A model generated the notes under the pieces. The model saw only the letters and a program-made list of their open reading frames with translations. It made no database searches and had not been told where the DNA came from. From IMG/VR virus record IMGVR_UViG_2751185397_000002: DNA of 64,000 bases; one strand, 5' to 3'. Shown in pieces: positions 18,154-26,123 of this stretch (positions are counted from its first letter, which is position 1; each line of letters begins with the position of its first letter). Position numbers and translations under genes: made by a program. This DNA is from an uncultured virus (IMG/VR IMGVR_UViG_2751185397_000002). Taxonomy: Duplodnaviria > Heunggongvirae > Uroviricota > Caudoviricetes.

Positions 18154-18795
18154 TCTACTGCCCTAATGTAGAGCTAACATAGAAGCGAGCAACATGGAAT
18201 TACTGACTGGCTCGCAGTCGCAGGGTGATTCCGTTTCTATGTTGGTGATGGCTATGATGAAAGTCAGGGCAGTCCCGAAAGGTTCTAGAGCCCTTTAGTA
18301 AATCATAGGAACTTCAAATCAACACCTAACCTAGCCGGGTAAGAGCTAGGACTAACAATTAAGGCGCGGCGTGGATAGGACACTCGGCAGATGATCACAA
18401 GCGGTAGCGGCTTGTTTCGATGCTGCAAGCAATAAGACTAGGCATAGCTGGTATCAAGCCCAGCCGCCTTAATTGTTAGTGAATGCAGCATTAAGAAGCA
18501 TGTGCTCTTGTCACAAGCCGAGAAGATCGCACCGGCAGCACGTCGGCGCAATGCCCTACGTGACTTTGGGACTGTCCAAGATACCGGAACCGCTTTCCGC
18601 CTTTAGAGCATATGACTTGTTAGTGAATGCACGATTAAGCTGACGTGCAGAAGGAACCTCCGTTTGATAGGAAAAGATCGCAACTTACCTTGTAACGCAA
18701 ACATGTCGGGTAAAGATGTACAGCTCCGGCCACTAACAACCAGATGAATTTCTGGATTCAATGAACGTAACCAGGGTCGCGTAAGTGCCCTGGGA
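18154..18795 (+). ncRNA. Tandem structured RNA units C-G
   Basis: Closing stems 18173-18187/18232-18246, 18351-18366/18465-18480 (perfect 16 bp), 18617-18625/18731-18739. Confidence 0.65.
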
Positions 18796-18818
18796 TTTAA
18801 TAACTTGGAGAATGATAG

Positions 18819-19043
18819 ATGGACAATCAGCATAAGCATATTAAAGGTTACAGAGATTTAACTCAGGAAGAAATCGATCTGATTAATGAAGGCAAAGCGC
18901 TTGCAGAACAATGCGGGCAATTTATACAGAAATTGGAAGATATAGACTCAACCGACAAACGTAATGTAGCACTGGGAAAAACTAACTTGCAGCAAGGTTT
19001 TATGTGGGCAATTCGTTCTGTAGCTAAACCAGAAACATTTTAA
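18819..19043 (+). CDS. acb2: Anti-CBASS cyclic-oligonucleotide sponge Acb2 homologue
   Basis: MDNQHKHIKGYRDLTQEEID...ALGKTNLQQGFMWAIRSVAKPETF matches the Acb2 termini as recalled; GGAG SD. Confidence 0.88.
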   Translation: MDNQHKHIKGYRDLTQEEIDLINEGKALAEQCGQFIQKLEDIDSTDKRNVALGKTNLQQGFMWAIRSVAKPETF

Positions 19044-19074
19044 GCGTTCCACCGGCTACACGGTGGCCAAAAAG

Positions 19075-19200
19075 GAAGCTGCACGCTGGATAGGACAGCG
19101 AAGTGGAGTCTGAAAGCAGCCATGAATAACTTGACAGGATACGCGCTGCAAATGGACGTTGGAACGCCTGTTATTGCCAGTAACCAATCTGGCCAGCTTC
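19075..19200 (+). ncRNA. tRNA-like structured RNA unit H
   Basis: GAAGCTG/CAGCTTC acceptor-like stem, CGCTG-GATAGGA-CAGCG arm, GCCAG-TAACCAAT-CTGGC arm. Confidence 0.6.
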
Positions 19201-19228
19201 TGACTTGGTTTTTAAATTTGAGGTGAGT

Positions 19229-19405
19229 ATGGCAACAAAACGGCAGGTTTACGAAGCGAAGCAAAAAGCATTCAAAACAACACAGCATAGTTTTACTAAA
19301 AAGATATGTTCATATGTTTACTGCTCTGGCTGTGGTTTGGTTGCGCTAAATAACGAAGCGACTAGAAAAAGGATGCAGAAGCCGTGCGAATCAATGGAGG
19401 ATTAA
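19229..19405 (+). CDS. Small Zn-ribbon protein
   Basis: GAGGTG SD; H...YCSGCGLVALNNEAT...C. Confidence 0.65.
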   Translation: MATKRQVYEAKQKAFKTTQHSFTKKICSYVYCSGCGLVALNNEATRKRMQKPCESMED

Positions 19406-19497
19406 AAGCTAACCCGCATGGGCACTTGTTGCACTCATTTGATACGAACGGCACAAGCAAGCCTGCATGTAGCAAGTGCCCAGCCGCGTTGGTTTTT
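19406..19497 (+). ncRNA. Structured RNA unit I or terminator-like long stem
   Basis: 15-bp stem 19419-19433/19468-19482 with 2 G-U, outer GCTAAC/GTTGGT, then T run. Confidence 0.5.
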
Positions 19498-19508
19498 ATG
19501 GTACTGAT

Positions 19509-19664
19509 ATGACTAAATGGGCTTGCGGAATAAGAGAAAGAATAATCAAAAACTTAGAAAATAAAATTAAGATTATGAAAGAAAACGGCAGCAATTTGCT
19601 GAATTGTATGAACGCAATCTGCGCGGTGAAAACTTTGACGAAATGGTTGATGCGCTATGAATAG
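19509..19664 (+). CDS. Hypothetical protein
   Basis: Short ORF overlapping the next start. Confidence 0.4.
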   Translation: MTKWACGIRERIIKNLENKIKIMKENGSNLLNCMNAICAVKTLTKWLMRYE

Positions 19665-20130
19665 ACCTCTGTACATATTTGATATTGATGGAACACTGGC
19701 GATTATAAATCATAGGGTTAGTATTCTTGAAGATAAAGATAACCCTAACAGATGGCGTGATTTTTATGCTGCTTGCGACAGGGATGAGCCAAATAAACCA
19801 GTAATTTTCATAATGAATAACTTGATGCTATCTGGCGCTGATGTGTGGCTGTTTAGCGGAAGAAGCGAAGAGGTACGTGACAAAACAGTGGCGTGGATAG
19901 CTGAACACACAGCATTCATGTCATTCAATTTGAATTACGAGCATCTTTTGACAATGCGGCCAGCTATGGATTACACGCCGGATGATGTTTTAAAGGAAAG
20001 CTGGTTAGACAATATGCTTGAAGATGATAAAAAAAGGCTTGTTGCGGTTTTCGATGATCGTGACAGAGTGGTAAATATGTGGAGAAGAAGAGGAATCACT
20101 TGCTTGCAGGTGGCTCCTGGTGATTTTTAA
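19657..20130 (+). CDS. HAD phosphatase, PNKP 3'-phosphatase-like
   Basis: FDIDGTLA, SGR, MRP..D..PDDVLK, FDDRDRVVNMWRRRGITCLQVAPGDF. Confidence 0.88.
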   Translation: MNRPLYIFDIDGTLAIINHRVSILEDKDNPNRWRDFYAACDRDEPNKPVIFIMNNLMLSGADVWLFSGRSEEVRDKTVAWIAEHTAFMSFNLNYEHLLTMRPAMDYTPDDVLKESWLDNMLEDDKKRLVAVFDDRDRVVNMWRRRGITCLQVAPGDF

Positions 20131-20372
20131 TGCCATGCCAATGCGAGCAATGCACAAAAACGCCAGCGCCAACATACACCGAATCATTCAAGCAAGAATG
20201 CCTGAAGCGCCACCGGAAAAGATACCAGGAGAAGGCGCGTGAAGTGATGGTATGGCCAGAAGAGCGGAAATTAAGATATTACGCAATGTTCGCAGAAAAG
20301 CACGGCGAAGAAAACACGAAAAAATTTATTGAAGAGGTTAACAGGCAATGGAAGATGAAGGAGGGGAAATAA
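20130..20372 (+). CDS. Hypothetical protein
   Basis: TAATG-coupled; N-terminal CxCxxC. Confidence 0.65.
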   Translation: MPCQCEQCTKTPAPTYTESFKQECLKRHRKRYQEKAREVMVWPEERKLRYYAMFAEKHGEENTKKFIEEVNRQWKMKEGK

Positions 20373-20488
20373 TGAACAAAGAAGTAAAAATAACCGAATT
20401 TCGTTTCATGCAAATGCTTGTGGCCATGTTGTCGATAGGTGCATCGGCTGGTTTTGTCGCTGGGTTTTTGGTGAGAGGTTTGGGATAG
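20372..20488 (+). CDS. 38-aa membrane peptide
   Basis: TAATG-coupled; hydrophobic MLVAMLSIGASAGFVAGFLV. Confidence 0.55.
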   Translation: MNKEVKITEFRFMQMLVAMLSIGASAGFVAGFLVRGLG

Positions 20489-20926
20489 ATGGGCGAGATT
20501 ATTTTTACGGTTCCAGGGCAACCGGTTCCGAAAGCGCGACACAAAGCAGCAAGGCGCGGCAAACATATTGCCATGTATACGCCAGAGAAAACGGCGAACT
20601 ATGAAGGTTTGGTAGCACATTCAGCACACTTCGCAATGTCCGGAAGGGAGATGATTACCGGCGCAGTATCGGTTGAGTTGGACATCCGCTTAGAGATACC
20701 GCCGTCATGGTCCAAGAAAAAACAGTTATTGGCTATTACCGGAAAATTGGCCGCAACGAAAAAAAGCGACATCGACAATATCACCAAATCCATTTTTGAT
20801 GGCATGAATGGCGTTGTGTGGCGCGACGATGGGCAGGTCGTAGAATCTACGCAGAAGAAACGTTACGCCGAGACACCCGGGGTGGTAGTAATCGTGCGCG
20901 AACTGGTTGAACTTCAGGTGGCTTGA
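20489..20926 (+). CDS. rusA: RusA Holliday junction resolvase
   Basis: VPGQPVPKAR, KSDIDNITKSIFDGMNGVVWRDDGQV. Confidence 0.92.
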   Translation: MGEIIFTVPGQPVPKARHKAARRGKHIAMYTPEKTANYEGLVAHSAHFAMSGREMITGAVSVELDIRLEIPPSWSKKKQLLAITGKLAATKKSDIDNITKSIFDGMNGVVWRDDGQVVESTQKKRYAETPGVVVIVRELVELQVA

Positions 20927-21158
20927 TGATTGGTTCAGTGCTGGATCTTCTGGTGTATGGTTTTTTGTTCTTGCCGCCTTGCTTCCTTCCAGATTTGAAT
21001 TTTGGAAGAGAGACTAGAAGAAAATCAGATATGAATATGATCCATCGTCCGCTATGAAATACGGCATCGCCATCGAAGTAACCCTTATGGCACCAGCTTA
21101 TGATTGTTCTAGGCGTTACGCCTCTGTGTTCCGCGAGCTCTTTGACTGAAATGAACAT
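20847..21158 (-). CDS. Small HTH DNA-binding protein
   Basis: ISVKELAEHRGVTPRTIISWCHKG...GRWII; overlaps rusA end. Confidence 0.5.
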   Translation of the reverse strand: MFISVKELAEHRGVTPRTIISWCHKGYFDGDAVFHSGRWIIFISDFLLVSLPKFKSGRKQGGKNKKPYTRRSSTEPIIKPPEVQPVRARLLPPRVSRRNVSSA

Positions 21159-21219
21159 ATTCCAAAGTTTTGAATAAATATATGTAAATAATAACAAAAG
21201 ACTATAAAAAATAAAATTC

Positions 21220-21570
21220 TTGTGCGGGAAATATTTGGGAAATAGCAGATTGCTCAGAAAAAAAGTTGATCAGGAAAGTACAAAGTTGCGAGACAAAGTG
21301 CTCGCAGTAGTCAACGATTCCCCGGTGAAACTGACCGGGATAGAAATAGCAAAACGAGCAGGACTCGATTACAAGCAGACAATAGACGCGCTGGACGCGC
21401 TGAACAATTACGGCCGCATTCTCCGTATCGGGAAAAAATTCAATACGCGCTGGATGAGGATAGAGAACAGGAAACCCGTGGATGTTTACCGCTGGCTAAA
21501 TGTGGCATTCTGGATCATGAGAAGAAGACGCTTAAGGAAAGATCAAATCGAATTACCGCCCGGCAAATAA
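21220..21570 (+). CDS. Winged-helix protein, candidate late-gene activator
   Basis: LTGIEIAKRAGLDYKQTIDALDALNNYGRI; position before late genes. Confidence 0.55.
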   Translation: MCGKYLGNSRLLRKKVDQESTKLRDKVLAVVNDSPVKLTGIEIAKRAGLDYKQTIDALDALNNYGRILRIGKKFNTRWMRIENRKPVDVYRWLNVAFWIMRRRRLRKDQIELPPGK

Positions 21571-21608
21571 ACTCAGATCACCGAATTAATTTACCTGGGG
21601 AATGAGAA

Positions 21609-21902
21609 ATGCACGGCGACAATCAGCTAGAGAGAAGAAAGCAAGGACGGTGCGAGTATTCAGAAAAACTGTCTGAAGAGGCAGCAGAACACGCGGTTAA
21701 AAAGGTTTTTGCAATACTCGGAGTCGACATTGATCGACCGGAAAGCGTGGAAGAATTCAGGGAAGATTTGAGATTTGGGAAGAAGATGCGTAAGGCTGCT
21801 GGCCATGGATCTTTGGCATTCATCGCCGTAGCATCAGCGGCATTTGCTTACGCAGCTTGGGCTGGTATGGTTTCATACATCACTACAAAAATTGGACCGT
21901 AA
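21609..21902 (+). CDS. Membrane protein, possible holin
   Basis: C-terminal TM helix; first gene after the late-promoter motif. Confidence 0.5.
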   Translation: MHGDNQLERRKQGRCEYSEKLSEEAAEHAVKKVFAILGVDIDRPESVEEFREDLRFGKKMRKAAGHGSLAFIAVASAAFAYAAWAGMVSYITTKIGP

Positions 21903-22515
21903 AGCAAAAAGGCCGAAACCTGAGCGGCATGTTAAGCATTCTCGACTTGATAGCGGACTAACGGTAGAGCAAGAAGCCTATTGCCGCTGCCGTGCCGCTG
22001 GCATGTCGATTGATGAAGCGCTGATCGCATCAGGGGCAAAAATAAAAAGAAGAACCGCTCTCGGATGGGAGAGGCCGGGCGAAGCCGGTTACAACAAGGA
22101 CGTCGTAAAACGCATCAACACGCTATCCGAGATAGCGAGCAAGAACGCAATACTGCGTACCGGATTAAATCGAGAGTGGGTTATTTCCAGGTACATGCGG
22201 ATCGTCGAGAGGTGCATGCAGGCCGAACCGGTCATGAAGATGGTGGAAGGCGAATTGGTTGAGATCGGAGAATACAGATTCGACGCACAGGGCGCAAACA
22301 CGGCACTGACAAAGCTTGGAGACGTGATCGGATTATTCAATAAGAAAGAAGAAAAACCAGACGATGAGTTTGACCAGCTTTCAGACGAAGAACTTGCCCA
22401 GCTCGCTAGAGAACTTGCCGCCCAGACTGGCATGCTTGAAAGTGATGAGGGCACTCAAGAATCGCCAGGACAAAAACAAATTATCGAGATACAAGCCCTA
22501 CCCGAAACAGATTGA
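21844..22515 (+). CDS. terS: Terminase small subunit (start uncertain)
   Basis: LTVEQEAYCR, RCMQAEPV, YRFDAQGANTALTKLG; precedes terL. Confidence 0.8.
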   Translation: MLTQLGLVWFHTSLQKLDRKAKRPKPERHVKHSRLDSGLTVEQEAYCRCRAAGMSIDEALIASGAKIKRRTALGWERPGEAGYNKDVVKRINTLSEIASKNAILRTGLNREWVISRYMRIVERCMQAEPVMKMVEGELVEIGEYRFDAQGANTALTKLGDVIGLFNKKEEKPDDEFDQLSDEELAQLARELAAQTGMLESDEGTQESPGQKQIIEIQALPETD

Positions 22516-23851
22516 TTTTCACACTGCCGGGGAAACCTTCCGTGAAAGATTGTTCCGCGCCGGCAACCAACTCGGCAAGACCCTATCATCAGCCCACGAA
22601 GTAGCCTATCACGCCACCGGAAAATATCCGGATTGGTGGAAAGGTAGACGCTGGGCACGCGCAACTACCGGCTGGGCATTAGGAGAATCAATGGAGTCAA
22701 CGCGAGATACTTTGCAGCGTTTGATTCTTGGCCGCCCTGGTGAATGGGGGACCGGCACCATTCCAGAAAAATCGATCATCAAGATCACGCGCGCACAAGG
22801 TATTGCCGATTCCGTTGACTGTATCTTTGTCCGGCACATTTCCGGCGGCATATCCCGCATCTATTTCAAATCCTACGAGAAGGGCCGAAGCAAACTACAA
22901 GGCGAGACGCTTGATTACGCCGCGCTAGACGAAGAGCCGCCGCTCGATATTTACACCGAGGTATTGACCAGGACCAACGCCACCGGCGGAATGGTATGGA
23001 TCACATTCACGCCATTGCTCGGCATGTCCGAGGTCGTGCGCATGTTCCTGGATGAGAAAGAGCGGACAAAAGATCGCGCCGACATTTGCATGACCATCGA
23101 TGATGTACTGCATTACACCAAGGAAGAGAAAGAACGCATCATTGCCAGCTACCCAGCGCATGAGAAGGAAGCGCGCACAAACGGAATTCCGGTACTCGGC
23201 AGCGGCCGCATTTTCCCGATTGCCGAATCAGTGATTACGGTTCCACCGTTTCAATTGCCGGATTTGTGGCCGCGTATCTGCGGCATCGATTTCGGTATTG
23301 ATCATCCAACGGCTTTGGTGTGGCTGGCATGGGATCGTGATAGTGATACGGTTTACGTATACGACATTGAATCAAAGCGAGGCGTACCAGATGCAACACC
23401 TCCGCATGTTGCGCCACTGATCAAACAACGCGGCGAATGGATTCCCGTGGCTTGGCCGCATGATGGATTGCAGACAGAAAAAGGCAGCGGGATCCAGCTC
23501 GCGCAGCAATACCGCGATCAAGGCGTCAGCATGCTGCACGAAATGGCGCAACTGCCTGAAACCGGTGACGAACAAGGGCACAAAGTCAGCAGAACCAGCG
23601 TTGAAGCTGGGATAAGTCTTATGTTGACGGCTATGCAAGAAGGCCGCTTCAAGGTATTCGCAGGGTTATCAAGCTGGTTCGAGGAATTCAGGCTATACCA
23701 TCGCAAGGATGGCAAGATCGTTAAGCTGCAAGACGACATCATGAGTGCAACACGCTATGGCTATGTCATGCTGCGCTATGCCATCGAGCCTCCAGACCCA
23801 CAGAAAAAAGCACTGAACCCAAACAGAGGATACAACTGGCGCACCGGCTAA
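22364..23851 (+). CDS. terL: Terminase large subunit
   Basis: AGNQLGKT, ALDEEPP, TFTPLLG, GIDFG, DDIMSATRYG. Confidence 0.95.
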   Translation: MSLTSFQTKNLPSSLENLPPRLACLKVMRALKNRQDKNKLSRYKPYPKQIDFHTAGETFRERLFRAGNQLGKTLSSAHEVAYHATGKYPDWWKGRRWARATTGWALGESMESTRDTLQRLILGRPGEWGTGTIPEKSIIKITRAQGIADSVDCIFVRHISGGISRIYFKSYEKGRSKLQGETLDYAALDEEPPLDIYTEVLTRTNATGGMVWITFTPLLGMSEVVRMFLDEKERTKDRADICMTIDDVLHYTKEEKERIIASYPAHEKEARTNGIPVLGSGRIFPIAESVITVPPFQLPDLWPRICGIDFGIDHPTALVWLAWDRDSDTVYVYDIESKRGVPDATPPHVAPLIKQRGEWIPVAWPHDGLQTEKGSGIQLAQQYRDQGVSMLHEMAQLPETGDEQGHKVSRTSVEAGISLMLTAMQEGRFKVFAGLSSWFEEFRLYHRKDGKIVKLQDDIMSATRYGYVMLRYAIEPPDPQKKALNPNRGYNWRTG

Positions 23852-23879
23852 GGTCGAATAACTCCACGCATTACAAAAT
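23850..23879 (+). promoter_or_regulatory. Late-promoter motif before portal
   Basis: AAGGTCGAAT-N14-CAAAAT. Confidence 0.6.
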
Positions 23880-23909
23880 ACACCAATCAACGATTTCAGG
23901 GTGTGAGTT

Positions 23910-25937
23910 ATGCCGGGAGATATACAGTTAAGCAGCGCTGCCATGATCGATCAGGATGGCGATAACGATCAATATGAGAGTGTTGGAGAACAGCCCACAG
24001 ACCCAATAAATGCCACTCCGGAAGAGCTGCAAGATAAGCCACTGGCACGCGAGCAGGTGGAAAGTTTCATGTTCGAGATCATGCACCAGCCAAGCTGGCG
24101 CCGGGAAGCGGACAAGTGTTCGGATTATTACGATGGCAATCAACTATCCGAAGAGACATTAGCAACCCTGGATGAACGCAAGCAGCCAGCGATAATCAGC
24201 AATTTAATAAAGCCAACCGTTGACACCCTGCTGGGCATAGAAGCCAAATCACGCACCGATTGGAAAGTAATGCCGGACGACGACGGTTCATGTAGCGACG
24301 ATTTGGCGGAAGCCTTGTCGTTAAAACTAAAACGCGCCGAAGTTGAAAGCAGAGCCGATAGGGCTTGCTCGGATGCCTACGCAGCGCAATTAAAAGCCGG
24401 TTTGGGTTGGGTTGAAGTATCGCGCGAAACCGATCCTTTTAAATGTCCATACCGCATCAAATACGTGCACCGCCGCGAAATCTTTTGGGATTGGCGATCA
24501 GAACAACCGGATTTGTCCGATGCAGCCTATCTGATCCGCAAGCGATGGCTGGAACTCGATCACGCCGTAGCGATGATGCAGCAATACGCGACATTGTTCA
24601 GAATGACTGCTAACGGATGGTCCGGATACGATCCAATCGTCGATCAAAGCACAGGACTCAGCCAGTCGTTTCAAGTTGAGCGGGACACCAAGCTGTCATA
24701 CAACGACTGGCGCGACATTCAGCGTCAGCGCATATGCCTATCCGAAATTTGGTATCGCAAATGGGTTAGGGCGTATGTCTTGAAACTGCCAAACGGCAGA
24801 GTGATAGAAGCGGATTTCAACAATCCAAAGCACAGCATGGTCATATTGGGAGGTGTTGCGCAAGTCAGTCAGGCAACATTCCAAAAGGTTCGGCTGGCTT
24901 GGTATGCGGGTCCGCACTTTCTCTATGATGTGCCCAGCCCGTATAAGCACAATTACTTCCCGTATGTGCCGTTTTTCGGTTACCGGGAAGATCAAACCAA
25001 TGCACCTTACGGCATGATCCGGGCAATGCTGTCGCCACAAGATGAAATCAATGCACGCCGGTCAAAAGCGCAATGGATTCTGAACAGCCGTCGTGTAATC
25101 ACTGATTCTGACGCGGTTGAAGATCACGATCTCGCAGCGCAAGAAATAGCAAGGCCGGACTCATACATCATTCTGAACGCCAAACGCAACCCAAACAGCA
25201 AGTTCATGGTTGACGCAGGGGGAGAACTGGCGCAGCAGCAATTCCTTTTGATGCAGGAAAGCAAGCAGGAAATCGCCGAAACATCCGGAATACACAAAAC
25301 CATGATGGGGCAACAAACCGGAGCAAAATCCGGATTGGCCATTAATTCATTGGCAGAACAGGGATCAAACTCAACCGGCGAGATCAACGACAATTTTAGA
25401 TTCGGTCGCAGAATGGTCGGAGAGCTCATGTTTGAGATGCTGAAAGAGGATTTGTCCAATGGCCAGCAGGTTGTCAGCATCGGCAACGGCAAGAATAAAA
25501 AGGTTGTCGTGCTCAACCAGCAATCGGCAGACCCGGAAACCGGGGAACCCGTCGTGCTCAATGACGTATCCGCGGTGAATGCCAAGGTCGTGCTGGATGA
25601 CATCCCGACATCCTCATCATTCCGTTTGCAACAGCTGCAAATGATCACCGCAGTCGCCAGCAGCTTGCCGCCGCAAGTTCAAGCGTTACTCACCCCATTC
25701 ATTATCGAATCAACCGACATGCCGGATCGCTTCGAGGTGGCCGAGACGATACGCGACGCGCTGGGAATACAAGATCAAGACCCCGAGCAAAAGCAAGCCA
25801 TGCTGATGCAGCAGCAGCAGGAAATGGCGCAGCAGAAAGAAACGCAGGACAAGATGATCGCACTCGCAGCGGCAGAGAAGGCCGCCAAAATCCGCGAGAC
25901 AAACGCCAAGGCAGATTATTTGCTCACCAAGAAATAA
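23910..25937 (+). CDS. Portal protein (P22-like)
   Basis: DYYDGNQ, NLIKPTVD, GLGWVEV, FPYVPF, PQDEINARRSK; position. Confidence 0.9.
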   Translation: MPGDIQLSSAAMIDQDGDNDQYESVGEQPTDPINATPEELQDKPLAREQVESFMFEIMHQPSWRREADKCSDYYDGNQLSEETLATLDERKQPAIISNLIKPTVDTLLGIEAKSRTDWKVMPDDDGSCSDDLAEALSLKLKRAEVESRADRACSDAYAAQLKAGLGWVEVSRETDPFKCPYRIKYVHRREIFWDWRSEQPDLSDAAYLIRKRWLELDHAVAMMQQYATLFRMTANGWSGYDPIVDQSTGLSQSFQVERDTKLSYNDWRDIQRQRICLSEIWYRKWVRAYVLKLPNGRVIEADFNNPKHSMVILGGVAQVSQATFQKVRLAWYAGPHFLYDVPSPYKHNYFPYVPFFGYREDQTNAPYGMIRAMLSPQDEINARRSKAQWILNSRRVITDSDAVEDHDLAAQEIARPDSYIILNAKRNPNSKFMVDAGGELAQQQFLLMQESKQEIAETSGIHKTMMGQQTGAKSGLAINSLAEQGSNSTGEINDNFRFGRRMVGELMFEMLKEDLSNGQQVVSIGNGKNKKVVVLNQQSADPETGEPVVLNDVSAVNAKVVLDDIPTSSSFRLQQLQMITAVASSLPPQVQALLTPFIIESTDMPDRFEVAETIRDALGIQDQDPEQKQAMLMQQQQEMAQQKETQDKMIALAAAEKAAKIRETNAKADYLLTKK

Positions 25938-25960
25938 AGAATCGTAGCACTTCACCCACA

Positions 25961-25984
25961 AAGCCCGCCTTGAAGCGGGTTTTT
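25961..25984 (+). terminator. Intrinsic terminator
   Basis: AAGCCCGC-CTTGAA-GCGGGTTTTT. Confidence 0.75.
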
Positions 25985-25994
25985 CATTTGCAAA

Positions 25995-26024
25995 AAGGTC
26001 GAATTACTTTTCATGCCCGAAACT
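25995..26024 (+). promoter_or_regulatory. Late-promoter motif before scaffold
   Basis: AAGGTCGAAT-N14-GAAACT. Confidence 0.6.
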
Positions 26025-26123
26025 TTCCTCACACCTGCAAGCCGCTGATTCCCCGCCTGGGATAAGGCGCAGCGGCTAGACGGTATTCCGAAACCTACTT
26101 CGACAACGTGGAGAGAAAGTTTT

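Noticed and set aside
17813..19200. Functional phage tRNA genes
   Set aside because: No canonical anticodon arms or CCA ends; lengths of 110-130 nt
17641..19497. CRISPR or TIGR-type array
   Set aside because: Shared motifs are only 6-15 nt, alternate in orientation and are irregularly spaced; no cas or Nop-domain gene recognised
17659..19497. Integron attC cassette array (CTAAC...GTTAG resembles R boxes)
   Set aside because: GTTAGT does not fit GTTRRRY, most units lack ORFs between them, G-T pairs favour the transcribed strand, and the integrase is phage-type
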